Shown here: positions 14,455-26,900 of the stretch, piece by piece
How positions within the stretch are numbered: the first letter of the stretch is position 1
Layout: each line of letters starts with the position of its first letter
NCBI GenBank assembly: GCA_000934665.2
Contig: KZ539130.1
Span: forward strand, 1 to 59,964
Direction: 5' to 3'
From: Catajapyx aquilonaris
Taxonomy: Eukaryota
Length of the DNA: 59,964 nt
The notes under the pieces: model-generated
What the model was told of the DNA's origin: nothing
Database searches by the model: none
The model's input: only the letters and a program-made list of their open reading frames with translations
Position numbers and translations under genes: made by a program

Positions 14455-16759
14455 GTTGCTGCGTACGTTTCTCCGGTGGCGCTTCTCAAGGGGAGGGGGG
14501 AAAATAGCAGCAGCCAGGCTGAGGCAGTGTGCTGACAATCGTACAGTGTAAATCCAATATATTGTCTGCCCTCCGCGTCTTCCACAAGACGACCAGAGAG
14601 AGGGCAATGATTCCAATAAAGGGAACCTTGCACCTTGCACTGCCTTGCAGGCCTGGAACGGTTACGCGTTACCACCCCTTCCCCCTATTCCCTCTATCCC
14701 TCCCATCCCCCCTACATCAGCTGTCTAGCATAACAGTTTAGGATCACTGTTCCCAAGAACTGTTGTTTGTTGGCAAGTTATGTCGCTGTGGCAGGCTGTG
14801 GTCAAAGAGGAGTAAGGATACTGTACATAATCAGAGAAGTCAGTGTATTGTGGACTAGTTATAGTAGATCTTGTCAGGTGTACACTTTTTGGGGGTCCCT
14901 AATTCCTTGGAGGGGTTATGAATAGCTTCGAAACTAATATTTCATTATTTAACTACTACGTTGTTTATGGCCTCACTTCCGTGATGCGCGACTTGGTAAC
15001 TAAACTTGTAGACCCCGCGTCATTTGTGTGGGAGATCTGAATAGGATCAGCTGCTTATAATTATTATTAAGTTGATATTATCATATAAAATATATATCTT
15101 AAGATGGGTGGTATGAAGCTAGACCAACTTAATTTACGTAACACAGGGATATATAAAAAGGCCACCAGAAGCAGTCATTCCCAGGTCCGCTCAGGTCATT
15201 ACGTAGAGCCTAGATCTATGTAGTCAACAGAGTCAACAACAAGCCCAAAGGAAATATAACATAGCTAATGGCACAAAATGGCATTGCACAATAATTCAAA
15301 CTACATACATTAATTTCTTTAATTCGTCCATGAATTCAGCTATTTTAATAAATATTTAATACATGGTATTAAATAGATTTGATAGTTACAAGCAGTTACA
15401 AGAATGCTGGTTACCTGTCTCACAAGATACCATCAGTATGTAGAAGGTTTCAAATATGGCTTCAATATTTTCAGATATCACAGTATAACTTATGGCACTC
15501 AATATTACAATTATGTTGTCAAAAAAAAGCATTTTTAACGATGAAAATAGTAGCCTACAGCCAAGCATTGCTCATGTGATGGGTGATAAATAATGGGGTG
15601 ACCAATGATAAGGGTCACAGAAGCATGGTGTATCAAGTGAATCACGAGTCATGCAGTGTATAACAATGTAGCCAAGGTGATGATTTGAGCTCCAAAAACC
15701 AAAAAAAATGAGTTAGCGCCGGCAATGCATTCCTCATGCCATGGAGTACATAATACCTGAATATGGTATTTAAAACCCTACAACAAAGCCGTCAAATTCA
15801 GGGGTGAAAAGCGACCTCCGTAACAAAAACCGCCAGCTCCATCCCCACTCGCAGAAAATCACAGATCAAAAACCGCCAGCTCCCACGAAACTAAAGCTGA
15901 CATGGGAGACAGTACATACTGCGAAGCTCGTACGGATAACGGCGGTGCGAATGAGATGCGCATTTAACAGAACACCTTGCGTAATGTAATGGAACGTTGG
16001 TATGTAAGCGTGGAATAAACTTAAACATTTACACGCCGGATAAACCTGTGTTTCATGTGTCCCTCACTCAATTTTGCATCAAAAAGCGCCAACTCCAGTC
16101 TGTTGCAAATCAAAAACCGGCCAGTGCGTGGCAGAATGGACGGTCCACAGCTCATTGGGTAATGGCGGATGATTTCATAATAACTTACCAATGGTTGAGT
16201 TGCTAGTAAAGGAATCTATAGCCGCTACATTCAGGTGTCTACGTTGACATACGGCGAAACTGTAGGTTTTTCTCGTTTTCCTCCGTTACGTTTATGACGG
16301 AGCCGTCGGTTTTTGATTTTCACCCCCTCATTTAGTAAATAAGGGAGTCAAATAAAACCAGCAAAATTGTCTTATAATATGAGAAAAATCATTTAATATA
16401 TTCAATTAAGAGCTAACCATAACTTTGGATTTAATGGAAATACTTTACTGTAATTAATCAAGATACAAGAGTCTCATCACTTTATTGTTAATGGTGAAAA
16501 TAAAGTTTTCATTGGCGACCACTAGCTTTTTTCCTCCAATATTGCATTTTGATCCATATACCCATATTAATTGGGTCAATACTCGCCCTTGACCATGTCT
16601 GGTTAAGGGCAAGTGTGGCCCCCTCTAATTATTCCAATTTATTCCACCAAAACAGAACAATAACAGTGTGATAGTACACCTTAACCTCTTACGTACCGTG
16701 CCGGAGCAGTTACACAGCATGAGATTCAAGACTCGTCAGAAATTCTGCAAAAGATACTT

Positions 16760-16815
16760 ACATACTCGCCAGAAAAGTTAAAACACCACCTTGAGCTTGG
16801 CGGCCATTTTTTAAT
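16760..16815 (-). promoter_or_regulatory. Candidate KLHDC3 first non-coding exon/TSS region
   Basis: AAAATGGCCGCC (YY1/Pho-like) followed about 40 nt later by GCGA|GTATGTAAGT donor-like sequence, 2.3 kb upstream of the KLHDC3 ATG. Confidence 0.4.
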
Positions 16816-17226
16816 CAATGTTACGAAAGGAAGATTATCGTGCGGAAGATTACTTTTAGCAGAGTGGGCAAAGGTCGTCGTGAACGTTTACGTAAATTTC
16901 AATAGCTCCTGCCACCTTGTGCTATACATTAGAAGCAATTCCACACTTGCCCCATTGTCACACTTGCCCCATTGTCGTACTTACTCCAACTTATCCTACT
17001 TCACATGATGCAAATGTAAGCTTAATTCGGAAGCACATGGTACAGTACTATAAACAGGTTTTCCAGTACCGCACAATGAAAGCTTCTGCTCCATTTGAAT
17101 GGCTAAATGGCATAAATCATATGAAAAGCTAGTTTCAAGTATAGTATGGCACCTTGCAGATTTGTCTTCACAGTTCACTTAATACATTTGCCATTAACAC
17201 TTTACACAAACAATGTTTAAATATAC

Positions 17227-17229
<3 letters not shown>

Positions 17230-17298
<69 letters not shown>

Positions 17299-17631
17299 TT
17301 GTGGGTAATGCTTTCACCCCTTCCGGGGTATATAGCATGGACCTTTATTGTATTTTAGGTTGTTAAGTACATGGTGCCTATTTAATGAAAGCCCGGGCTC
17401 ACGGGCAGGGTGACAGGAGGGGATGTGCAAGGTGCAGTGCAATGTCGTAGCTGTGGTCATTTTGTGAACTCCCCCGGGTGGTTTAGTCAATTGGAAATAC
17501 CACCCGAGACGAAGCCAGAGATGACAACAAACTCTGCACGAGATGAAGGGGGTGTCCCCGGGCTGGGATCGAACCCGGGACCTTAACATCCGTGGGCGCA
17601 TACGTTACCGCAGCACCACTCCGCCTCCCAG
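17230..17631 (-). mobile_element. tRNA-derived SINE, family C, with (ATT)n tail
   Basis: B box GGGTTCGATCCC; 15-bp TSD GTTTAAATATACTAT at 17215-17229 and 17632-17646. Homologues at about 51070-51420 and 56757-57090. Confidence 0.85.
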
Positions 17632-17907
17632 GTTTAAATATACTATATCTGATAAGTAGTACTTTTGACCAAATATACCTGAGAAAAACTCAACACAATA
17701 TATTACTAAAGGTGCTGACAATGTTTGCAAGTGTTCCAAGAGTGGAAGAGGGATTATGCGGAGGTAAGTATCAGCAAGTCAATGAAAGAGGAAGCTGTCA
17801 GAGCTAGGGGGAGATATTGATGACTCAAGATGAAGGCCTGTTCTGTGTCGGCAGGGGATGAAATCACTAGAGGCAAGCAAGAATGAATATTCTCAAGCAT
17901 GTGTATA

Positions 17908-18875
17908 TGTTAGGCTCAAACCCCGAAAACGGCCAATGGCCGGAAAAAAAACCCACCATACCAAGAGCTAGGTCTGGTCACCTTACTGGTTGTTTCAAAG
18001 CAGCCAGACCTAGGTCTGGTCGTTTTAAAACAGCCACAGCTAGTTCTGATCATTACTGCTTATTCATATAGGCCTACCTATGGATATGGAGGTAATGGGG
18101 AGATGGATAGAGCCCTTTGTGTTGTTGTGGCTGTGGGGCATTGGGGTGACCATGGCAGGCACAGTCAGTCGCATTGCCCGATGATTTCAGGTAGTTGTGA
18201 GCATAGCAAGCTGAGCACTTACTGTGGGTTGTGTATCCTCCCTACAATATTGTCCGTCTTTGTGCGCCACAGGCCAACGAACATTATTGTGGCCTGGCCA
18301 ATCATTGGAATGTGATTGGCAAGCCACACTAACATTTGTTGCCCTGCCACAGCACAAGACAACCAGTATTGTTGGGCAGATACACAACCAACAATAAGTG
18401 CTCGGCTCGCTACGCTCACAACTTACTATACAGGGTGTCTCAACTTTTTTGTTTGAACAGTCATCGGAAATATTACACTAAGCTGCTACTTTGTAAGCAA
18501 TGTATGCCACTTCAACCTAAGATTCGCAGGGAATATTCCCCATTCCTCCGACAAACCGGTTGAAAGCCACTAATTACAAAGTAGCAGCTTATAGTGCAAT
18601 ATTTCTGATAACTGTTCAAACAAAAAAGTTTAGACACCCTGTATAATTATCAGGCAATGCAACGAACCATGCCCGGCAGGGCCACAACAAAGAACACACT
18701 TTGGTGCAGTCACCCCAAAGCTCCACAGCCACACCAACACAAAGGACTCCATCCGTCTCCCCATCACCTCCATATCCATAGGCATATTATTAAACAGGAA
18801 CGACCACACCTAGTTCCGGCTGGTTTGGAAATGACCAGACATAGGTATGGTCGTTTTAGGGGTTTGAGCCTAACA
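17908..18875. mobile_element. Fold-back MITE with TGT...ACA termini (Ginger-like), containing a nested 211-bp CAGGGTG MITE at 18431-18641
   Basis: TGTTAGGCTCAAACCCC...GGGGTTTGAGCCTAACA; the inner element is TA-CAGGGTGTCT...AGACACCCTG-TA. Confidence 0.75.
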
Positions 18876-19187
18876 TATTATATACTTTTGTGGGTACCAG
18901 TACAGTACCAGCTGTACCATCTGCTTTATTGTGGACAGGCATTTGGCTTTGTTAAACGCCTGAGGGGGGTTTGGGTTTTGCCATTGATATTGTATTTCAC
19001 TATTTGCCATATTGGATTGAAATATATTAGTGTGTGTTAATAAATAGGGGGACTGGATGACGAAGATGGTGCAGGGCCCTCATGGGCTGGGTCACCACTG
19101 TCCCTATACCAGCGGTATACTCTCAGTATAAAGTAAGTTGACAAAATAAAATTGTTTCTGGAAGAGCATGTGCAAAAAATCATTTAA

Positions 19188-20846
19188 CCCCTTTGCTACC
19201 AGATAGGCTGAAAACGTCTAGTTTTCTGCTTACGCCTACTCGGAAGATAAAGACAAGATATTTTACAAATAATAACAGCTAAGAGTATATTTACCCATTC
19301 GTAGAAAACCCATTCATTTACCCATTCATAGAAAACATTCTGAATGTGTTGCGAACAATTGTAGTCCTCTTGATTCTAGAAGGTCCTAAATTAATTTCCG
19401 AAAAGACCACTATAAAAACTCGAAATTCGAATACTATCGGCCAACTGTTGGGCTGATTTAATTATGAATTACGCTAAAATATGTGGAACAACAACCTTGA
19501 GAACCATGCCAGACAAATTTGCTGAAATCGTACCGGTAATAGTTCGAGAGAAATAAATAAGTACTTATTTGTGGCCTTTTGACACTTTGGAAAACTCCCA
19601 AATTGATTTACTTCTCGCGAAGTGTCAAAAAGTGTCAAAAGTGTCAAAAAGCCGCAAATAAGTATTAATTTATTTCTCTCGAAGTACGCCGATTTCAGCA
19701 AATTTGTCTGGTCCGGTTCTCAAGGTTGTTGTTCCGTATATTTTCGCATATGTCACAATTAAATTAGCCAAATAGTTGATCGGTAGTACTCGAATTTCGG
19801 GTTTTTAAGGCGGTCTTTTTGGAAATTTCATTTAGGACCTTCTGGAGGAGTACAATAAATTGAAGACGTCACTTGGCAAGGGCCCAAGTCCACAAGGTGA
19901 AATTTTTCAGGAGGAAAAACTGCACATGCGTAATTGCTCATTTCAGTTTCGTGGTTTATGATGCTAATATGGCACCATTATACACACCTAGTGGCATAAA
20001 CATCATCTACAAGAGAGCAATAGGTCAGATTCTATTGAAGGTCAAAATCAGTGGACTTGGGCCCTTCGGCAAGTGAATGTCCGCACCAACATTTCATGCT
20101 GCAAATTCAGTCATATAGCCATGCCTGTCCATTTGAACACATCATATTCATAAAGGAGTACTACAAAGAAAAGTGGGCCCATTTTTAGTTCCATCCTATG
20201 CTAATTATTATTAACATCAATCAGAATCTGATTTACGTCCAGTCAGTTGCCGAAGGGCCCAAGTCCAGTAGTAGGCAATAGACCACAAATCATCACATTC
20301 AATTTTCAGGCACTTCTGATTGACTTTGTCCCTTCATCTTCACCAGGGCTGAGGCCCGACTCCAAGACTAGGAATCCGCAATAAAACAGTTTTTCGAAAT
20401 TTTGGGACTTGGGCCCTTTGTCAAGTGACATCTTCAATTGTTCACAACACATTCATAATAATTAATACCCTGTGATAGGCCTTCTTGGGCCTCTTAGGGG
20501 GATCATCTTTTCGCGAACCTTCTTTAATCATTGACTGCGCTGTGATGGATTTTGATTGCAGGAGGAAACGGGAGAACCTGAGAAAACCCACGCGAACACT
20601 GAGAGAACCCATCGAAACTATCCACATCAGTATCCTCTGTCTGACCGGGGGATCAAACTCGGGACCTCAGAGGTGGAAGGCTGAGGCGCTAACCACTACG
20701 CCACCGTGTTGCCCTTAACACATTCAGTGTTTTTTATGAAAATGGTTAAATATAGCTGTTATTATTTGTAAAATATCTTGTCTTTATCTTCCCAGTAGGC
20801 GTAAGAGGAAAACTAGGCATTTTAGGCCTATCTGGTAGTGAAGGGG
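19188..20846. mobile_element. piggyBac-type fold-back element with two nested insertions
   Basis: TTAA TSD and CCCCTT..CTACCAGATAGGC termini. Nested TIR element at 19862-20435 (AATT TSD, Sola-like) and SINE A at 20456-20714 (TSD AACACATTCA). Confidence 0.85.
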
Positions 20847-22313
20847 TTAAGCGGCCTTGTTGTTCCTACACCATAGGATCTCATCATGAGTGATGATAAA
20901 ATTATAGATGATTAGTGAAATCTCATTTACATACGCATGCAAGTACCATAAACAAAAATGTGGAATACACTTTTTTCTCCTGAAGGGTCGGCACAGTGCA
21001 GTGGTGTAGTGTTTATTGCCGTAGCCTTCAACCTTTGAGGTACCAAAGTTCAATCCTCATGTCAGTCACGGATGCCTTACTTCTTACGACATTTGGCCAG
21101 GAAGTCTTGCAACACCCTCCCTCCAGGTCTGACCTTGTGCCTAGTGAGTCACAACACTTTGATTCTCTAAATGATGTTCCACAGGCCTGTCAGAAAGAAT
21201 CTGCGAACATATTTTTGATAACTACAAATGTTGGGTATCAAGCATAGCACCATGATGCAGTGCAATTGGTTAATTAAAAAATGTCACAGGGATGATTTCG
21301 AGGTTCAGGAATTTTGCAGAGGAAAAATGTTTCACAACAATAAAAAGGCTGAAGACCACTGCCTTTTTGTTTTTAATGCTTCATTTGAAAATTCACATTG
21401 AAAGAGGTGAAATGTGTGGTGATGGCTGTGTGCACAAGGAATGGTAATCCATAACACATTGAAATACGGTACCTGTCTTTTTATGGGACAAATTCACTTA
21501 TATCTGCAGTGAATTAGCAAAAGTTCATTAACCACCACTCAATGCAGTTTATTCATTAAAAGAGGGAAAAATTACAACTATATAATTTTTTTAAACTTGA
21601 TTAATCTTATTCCAAGTAATTTATGCCATGTGTAATGACTAGCTCAGGAAAATTCTATTGATTTTAAGTTGATTACATTGAAACTGCATTAACTACTGTA
21701 CATAAAGTACCTGTTTCAGATTAAGGTGTGTCCATCCTGATCACAATGTGTACATTAGCTCATGTTCTACAAAAAATATCATATGCTCATTAATCAATCA
21801 ATCACGTCTCAAGACTCTCAACTTGTAGGATAGAGGGGCGACTACTCTCCACCAAGTGTCACAAATCACACTGTGCCAATTGCATGCAGATATATTATTT
21901 CCTACACTTCCGACCTTCTTCAATAGCTCCTTTCAGTAACTGCTTCTTTCATGCAACTTCCTTAACTTTTCATTTCCTGTAAATACTGTGGATCAGAAGT
22001 GCAGACACGCTATGCAGAAATTTTTTAGTTCATATCAATTTCTATTACTATTTTATCTTTCAGGCAGGCTGTCAGCAACACATGGTCAGCTGTGTTGTAA
22101 CCCTCTGCTGGAAGACTTCAGGTGCACAAATTATGCCAATAAAACAAATGTTAATACTGACATATAAGCTATTTATTTATTACTTATCCCACTTTACAAA
22201 ATTGTACCAAGCAAATAGGCAAGAAGTGATCTTGGCACAGAATGGCATGGTACAAATTGACACATGCCAGAGTAAAATGGCAGGTTTGTCTAGAAAAAGT
22301 CACAATGAGGTAT

Positions 22314-23044
22314 ACAGTAAAACCTCGATATAACGCTCTTCAATGGACTGGCCCAAAGTATCATTATAAGCGGGAATTCATTATATGCAGAAAATGCAAC
22401 AATTAACTTTGTACTCAGGAAACGTATGCCGTCACTGTTGCTATGTAGATGGATGCCTATAAACCACATTTTCCTGACCTGACCTGCCCACGTACCAAGT
22501 AGACCCTGAAAATATCCCCTGAAGAACCCAAAACAATAGTGACTAACTAGGGTCATAGTTAATATAAGCCACCTCTTATCAAGGTCCACCTTACACCATC
22601 TCACAATGGCCCTCCCAGGTGTATGAAAAAAAAACTGTTATTCATTGCTTGTCAATTGCTCATAGCTCCCATACTGCCAATCCGGATAATTTTGAGCCCC
22701 CACCCTTCCCTAGTGGTTCTCAGACCACACCCCACCAGGACTCAGCAGAGCCTCCCCACTGTTGTCACATCATTCACCAGCCCCCCTCTTCTCCACCAGT
22801 CCACCCCAGATGTCTTTTCTCACCAAACTAAACCTCATCCAGCAGGATGAACTTCAAGCCCCATACACATGGTGTGAATTTTGATGTTATATGTGGAGAA
22901 GTTTCTCTGGGGACCAGCGAAACTGAGTGGTATATGCAGGAAAATTTAGCATTGGCCCTTATGGAGCTGATCAAGGGACCAGAAAAAAAGGAATTAAAAG
23001 CCAGATAGTGTAATATGTAGGAGCATTACATCGAGATTTTACTG
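22314..23044. mobile_element. Tigger/pogo-type MITE
   Basis: TA-CAGTAAAACCTCGATATAACGC...GCATTACATCGAGATTTTACTG. Relatives at about 26948-27392, 29600-29683 and 54547-54719. Confidence 0.7.
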
Positions 23045-23904
23045 GATTTTCTAAGAATCTTGGTATGTGGAAGTACTGTAATCTTACAAATGCAAAGAAC
23101 AGCTATTAGCAGTGGTGTTTTTGAATACCAGATACCTGCGGTGTATAGTATGGTTTTGCATAACCACAGCAACTGCTGATGCTTGACTCCTTCAATAAAG
23201 ATTAGGTCCCTCACTTCCTTGTCCACCCAGTCACCAACCTTGTTTGAATTTCCATAGTTTTTTTGTTGTTGTTTTTTGCGGCAAGATGAACGCTTCATCT
23301 TCCTGTCTGATCATTTCCCATTATTCCTTATCCTGTTGTGTTATCAGCATCAGCTTTATCTGACTCCTGCACCTTCTGCTGCCTGCTTTAAGCCTCCCAC
23401 TGGACAACTGTAGAACTGACCAAGTAATTTTTAAAGAAGCAGACAGTTTTAAGACCATTTCTGACTGTTCCATTTCACTCCCATCCATTTGCAGCCATTA
23501 CCTCATTCAAGTTTACCCACCATTCACCAATAATAATTATAAACATGAATATGTATAAAAAGGCACCAAAGCAGACATTAAATTGTGCAAGAGTTGTAAG
23601 GAACTGTACTGACTGCTTGACAAACTCATAGTGCCTACTAGTGGGAGGAGCTCAGGTGAGCAGGAGCATGTCCCACACAGAATCCACATTATGCCACATT
23701 ACCTCTGCCCCATTTCCACCATGCTACTCTCCCCAAACTTACCATGTCTTATGCCCTTCCTCCTCCTGATCTGCAAATTGTATTGCCTGAAGTATTACTG
23801 CTGTAATGCATGGCATTCACACCCAACATGCACTTAAAGTTGCCAAGCATTACTGTGCAAGTACTATGGAAAAGCATTGCCTAAGGAATGTTTTGCAAGG
23901 GATT

Positions 23905-26900
23905 TTAATCCGTAACCGTCAACCCAAGCAACTGCCTCACAACTTCTTGGTTCAAATTAGGCTCACTGCACATTGGGTTCCCACCCAGCAAAACAGATTC
24001 TAAAGCAGGCAATTTCTGCAATAAATTGGTAGAACTGGCTACATCTGTCAGCTTGTTTCTCTGAATGCGCAGATCCCTTAGGAATATACAACCTTCCAGT
24101 CCCTCTAGTGTTTCCAAATCATTATCATCTAAAAATAATGCAATGCAGCTCTGCAGGCAAGAAGCCCACCATAAAGACTTTAATCTGTTTCCACTCAGGT
24201 CTAGAGTGTGCACGAGACACAGGCGTTCAGGGTAGGCAACACGGGTCAGGTGAAGACCTGAAAGGGTTAGAATCTTGGGAGGCTCCTCCTGCGGCCAATT
24301 CCAGAGAGCCTGTTCAAATACAACCTCACTCAAGGTGTCTTGGTAGCAGTTCTTTCGATGGGGATCTACTTCCTGAAGTCGCTTTAAGGCTGCTTGGACC
24401 TCAGTAAAGTTCTGCTCGGCATCTACTGATCTCATCAGGAATACCGATGTCAGTAATGGCCCTAGAAAGAATTGTATGCTGTTTTATTACCAACTCCATC
24501 CAGAGGTGTAACATTGAAGCTGAACCCTCAGTCATGTAGTGTATGTAGTTATTTATTGGGAAGGTTTCAGGGGTCTAAGTGTTTATATTTGTAATTAAAT
24601 TGCAATTTTCATGTCTGGGAGTGCTTGGAAAAATTTCGCAGGGGGCTTAGGCCCCATTGTGGCAGGAATTATTACTGGTGTGTTGGATTCCACCCCATTG
24701 TTCCCCTCAAGAACTGCACGGAAGTGGTGAGAATTTATGCCGCTGGACATGGCCTTCTCAACGTTATTATAGAATAAAGACTGCCTCTCTATGAAGGTAT
24801 TCTGTTTCGCTTTCGGCACAACAGAGGATAAGCTCTGGCGTTCCAAATGAAACAGATAAAATGTTAAAAAACTGTGACATCTGGCTAGTATCTCATAAAT
24901 GTTAATGTTACATTGCCACACAAGAAGTTGTATCAAAGTCAGAACACTACAACTTATGCTACAGGTTAAGTTTTTCACAAGCTAATATCTTGAGTAGGTA
25001 CACTTAATTGATAATACAAGTGTTCAACATGTTACACTTTACTCTCTCCCATAAGTTGCATTACCTAATGCAGAATATTCAGAGAAGCAGGTCAATAGTG
25101 CCTTCTTATTATACCCAGGTCAAGCAAGCAGTAGGTCATAGCCCATGTGCTATAGTGGTGGTCCTCCAACATCACTTAAAAGCCGACTCCTCAGTTCTTT
25201 GCCTTTGTTCTTCCAAAAAGATAATTTTTCCCTTTTTAGCCAAAGTAAATTCTTTAAGGGGATACAGTAGCTTGGGGAGGGTGGTTTTCCTTCATTTTGT
25301 CACATCTGAAAACTCTTCCTATAATATCTGCACAGATCGGGGTCATTACCTTGAAAAAAATGGGGTTCTTCATGATTCCAGCCAAACACTTGTTTAGAGT
25401 TACCAACACTTACATTTTGCATCTGGTTCAAGATCCATAAGATCTCTACAGGTCTGCAGCTCCTCCTGAAGTCGCTTTGCACTGGCCTCACTGGTTTCTT
25501 TCCGTGGGCTCAGGCCCAAGTTGTAATGTGCAGTTCCTTCTTCCTGGCCTTCCTTCATCTCCACTGACATTGTCCTGACATGCTCTGCTCCCTGGTCAAC
25601 AGTAATCACCTTAACCTCTACTCTGCAAGCACTGGTGTTATCATCTGGGAGGTCTGCCACCTATCAAAAGTCAATACATTTTAACTCTACCATACATCTG
25701 TATATTTCCAACTTCCATCTCATGCTCAAAATGAATTTTCTCAGAACCCCACATTTGCATTTATACTTAGTTTTTTATGAAAATACTAAAGAATATCAAC
25801 AAGTAAGGGTGGGACATGGAGGAGTCCTGTTTTGATTCAGGATCTGCGATTTTTGGTGCACAAGATGGATAATATTGTTTATTAAATTTACATACCCCAT
25901 GTTAAGACCAGTGGCCTTTATTGGTGCCCTCATCACCATTTATGTAGATAGAGCCATTTCTTTTACATACATTTAAAAAAGAGTCCAGTTTGAGCACCTC
26001 TTGTTTGGTTATGTTAGTCAAGAGAAATGGCAATTTGTCAGGAGGGTGGTCAGAAAGAGAATTGCAAGGAGCATAATGGTGTGAAAGAAAAAAGTGAAAG
26101 CTATACCTCCAAAAGAGTGACAAACATCAGAGATATAGGGGTTGAAATATTGCTTTTGCAAGTTTCCCAAACTTCCAAGGGCTGCAGAAAGCCACAGGAA
26201 CTAGGGAGTTTCGATTCTAAATTTTTATAACAGTGGCAGCTGCCACCCAATATTTTCAGTCACATATTGGTCACAAAAACTTATATTCAAAGAAATCAAT
26301 GATTGCATAACAATTTGTACAGTGTGACAACTCTGCAAATGGTGTAATACAATGAGAAATCATAAATGTCAGTTTTAGCAAACAATATGTGACTCGCAAC
26401 TGGGTGCATTCCACCACTACCATAAAAAGTGAAATGTAATCCTGTGTTCTTGTGGCATCCTCTGACTCTTGGATGCTCAAACAAATTGCAATTTCACAAT
26501 ATTTCGACCCTGCTACCTCCAACATTTGCCACCATTTTGGAATATTACAGATTTCACTTTTTTTCATTCTAACTAACATGCACCACGTGCACCAAAAATC
26601 CTAGTACCAGAAGCAAAATGAACCTTACAAATTCCCACCCTTACTTGCAAGCATTCCTTTAATGTACCGACAGCCCTAACTTCCTTTGTAAAGACCTTTA
26701 AATAATTTCAATGTGAGTTAGTGGCAGGGTTGGCATGATTATAATCAATTGATTATAATCATTGATTATAATCATGATTATAATCAACTGATTAATAATG
26801 AAAAATCTTGATTATAATCACTAATAATAATAATAATAATAATAATAATAAGCCCATGAGGTAGCAGGTGTTATTTGATTCCACTAAAGAAGTTAAAATG

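Noticed and set aside
23026..23480. Purine-rich minus-strand stretch downstream of the RABGGTA stop that looks like coding sequence
   Set aside because: It is interrupted by stops and shows no recognisable homology; probably UTR or decayed repeat.
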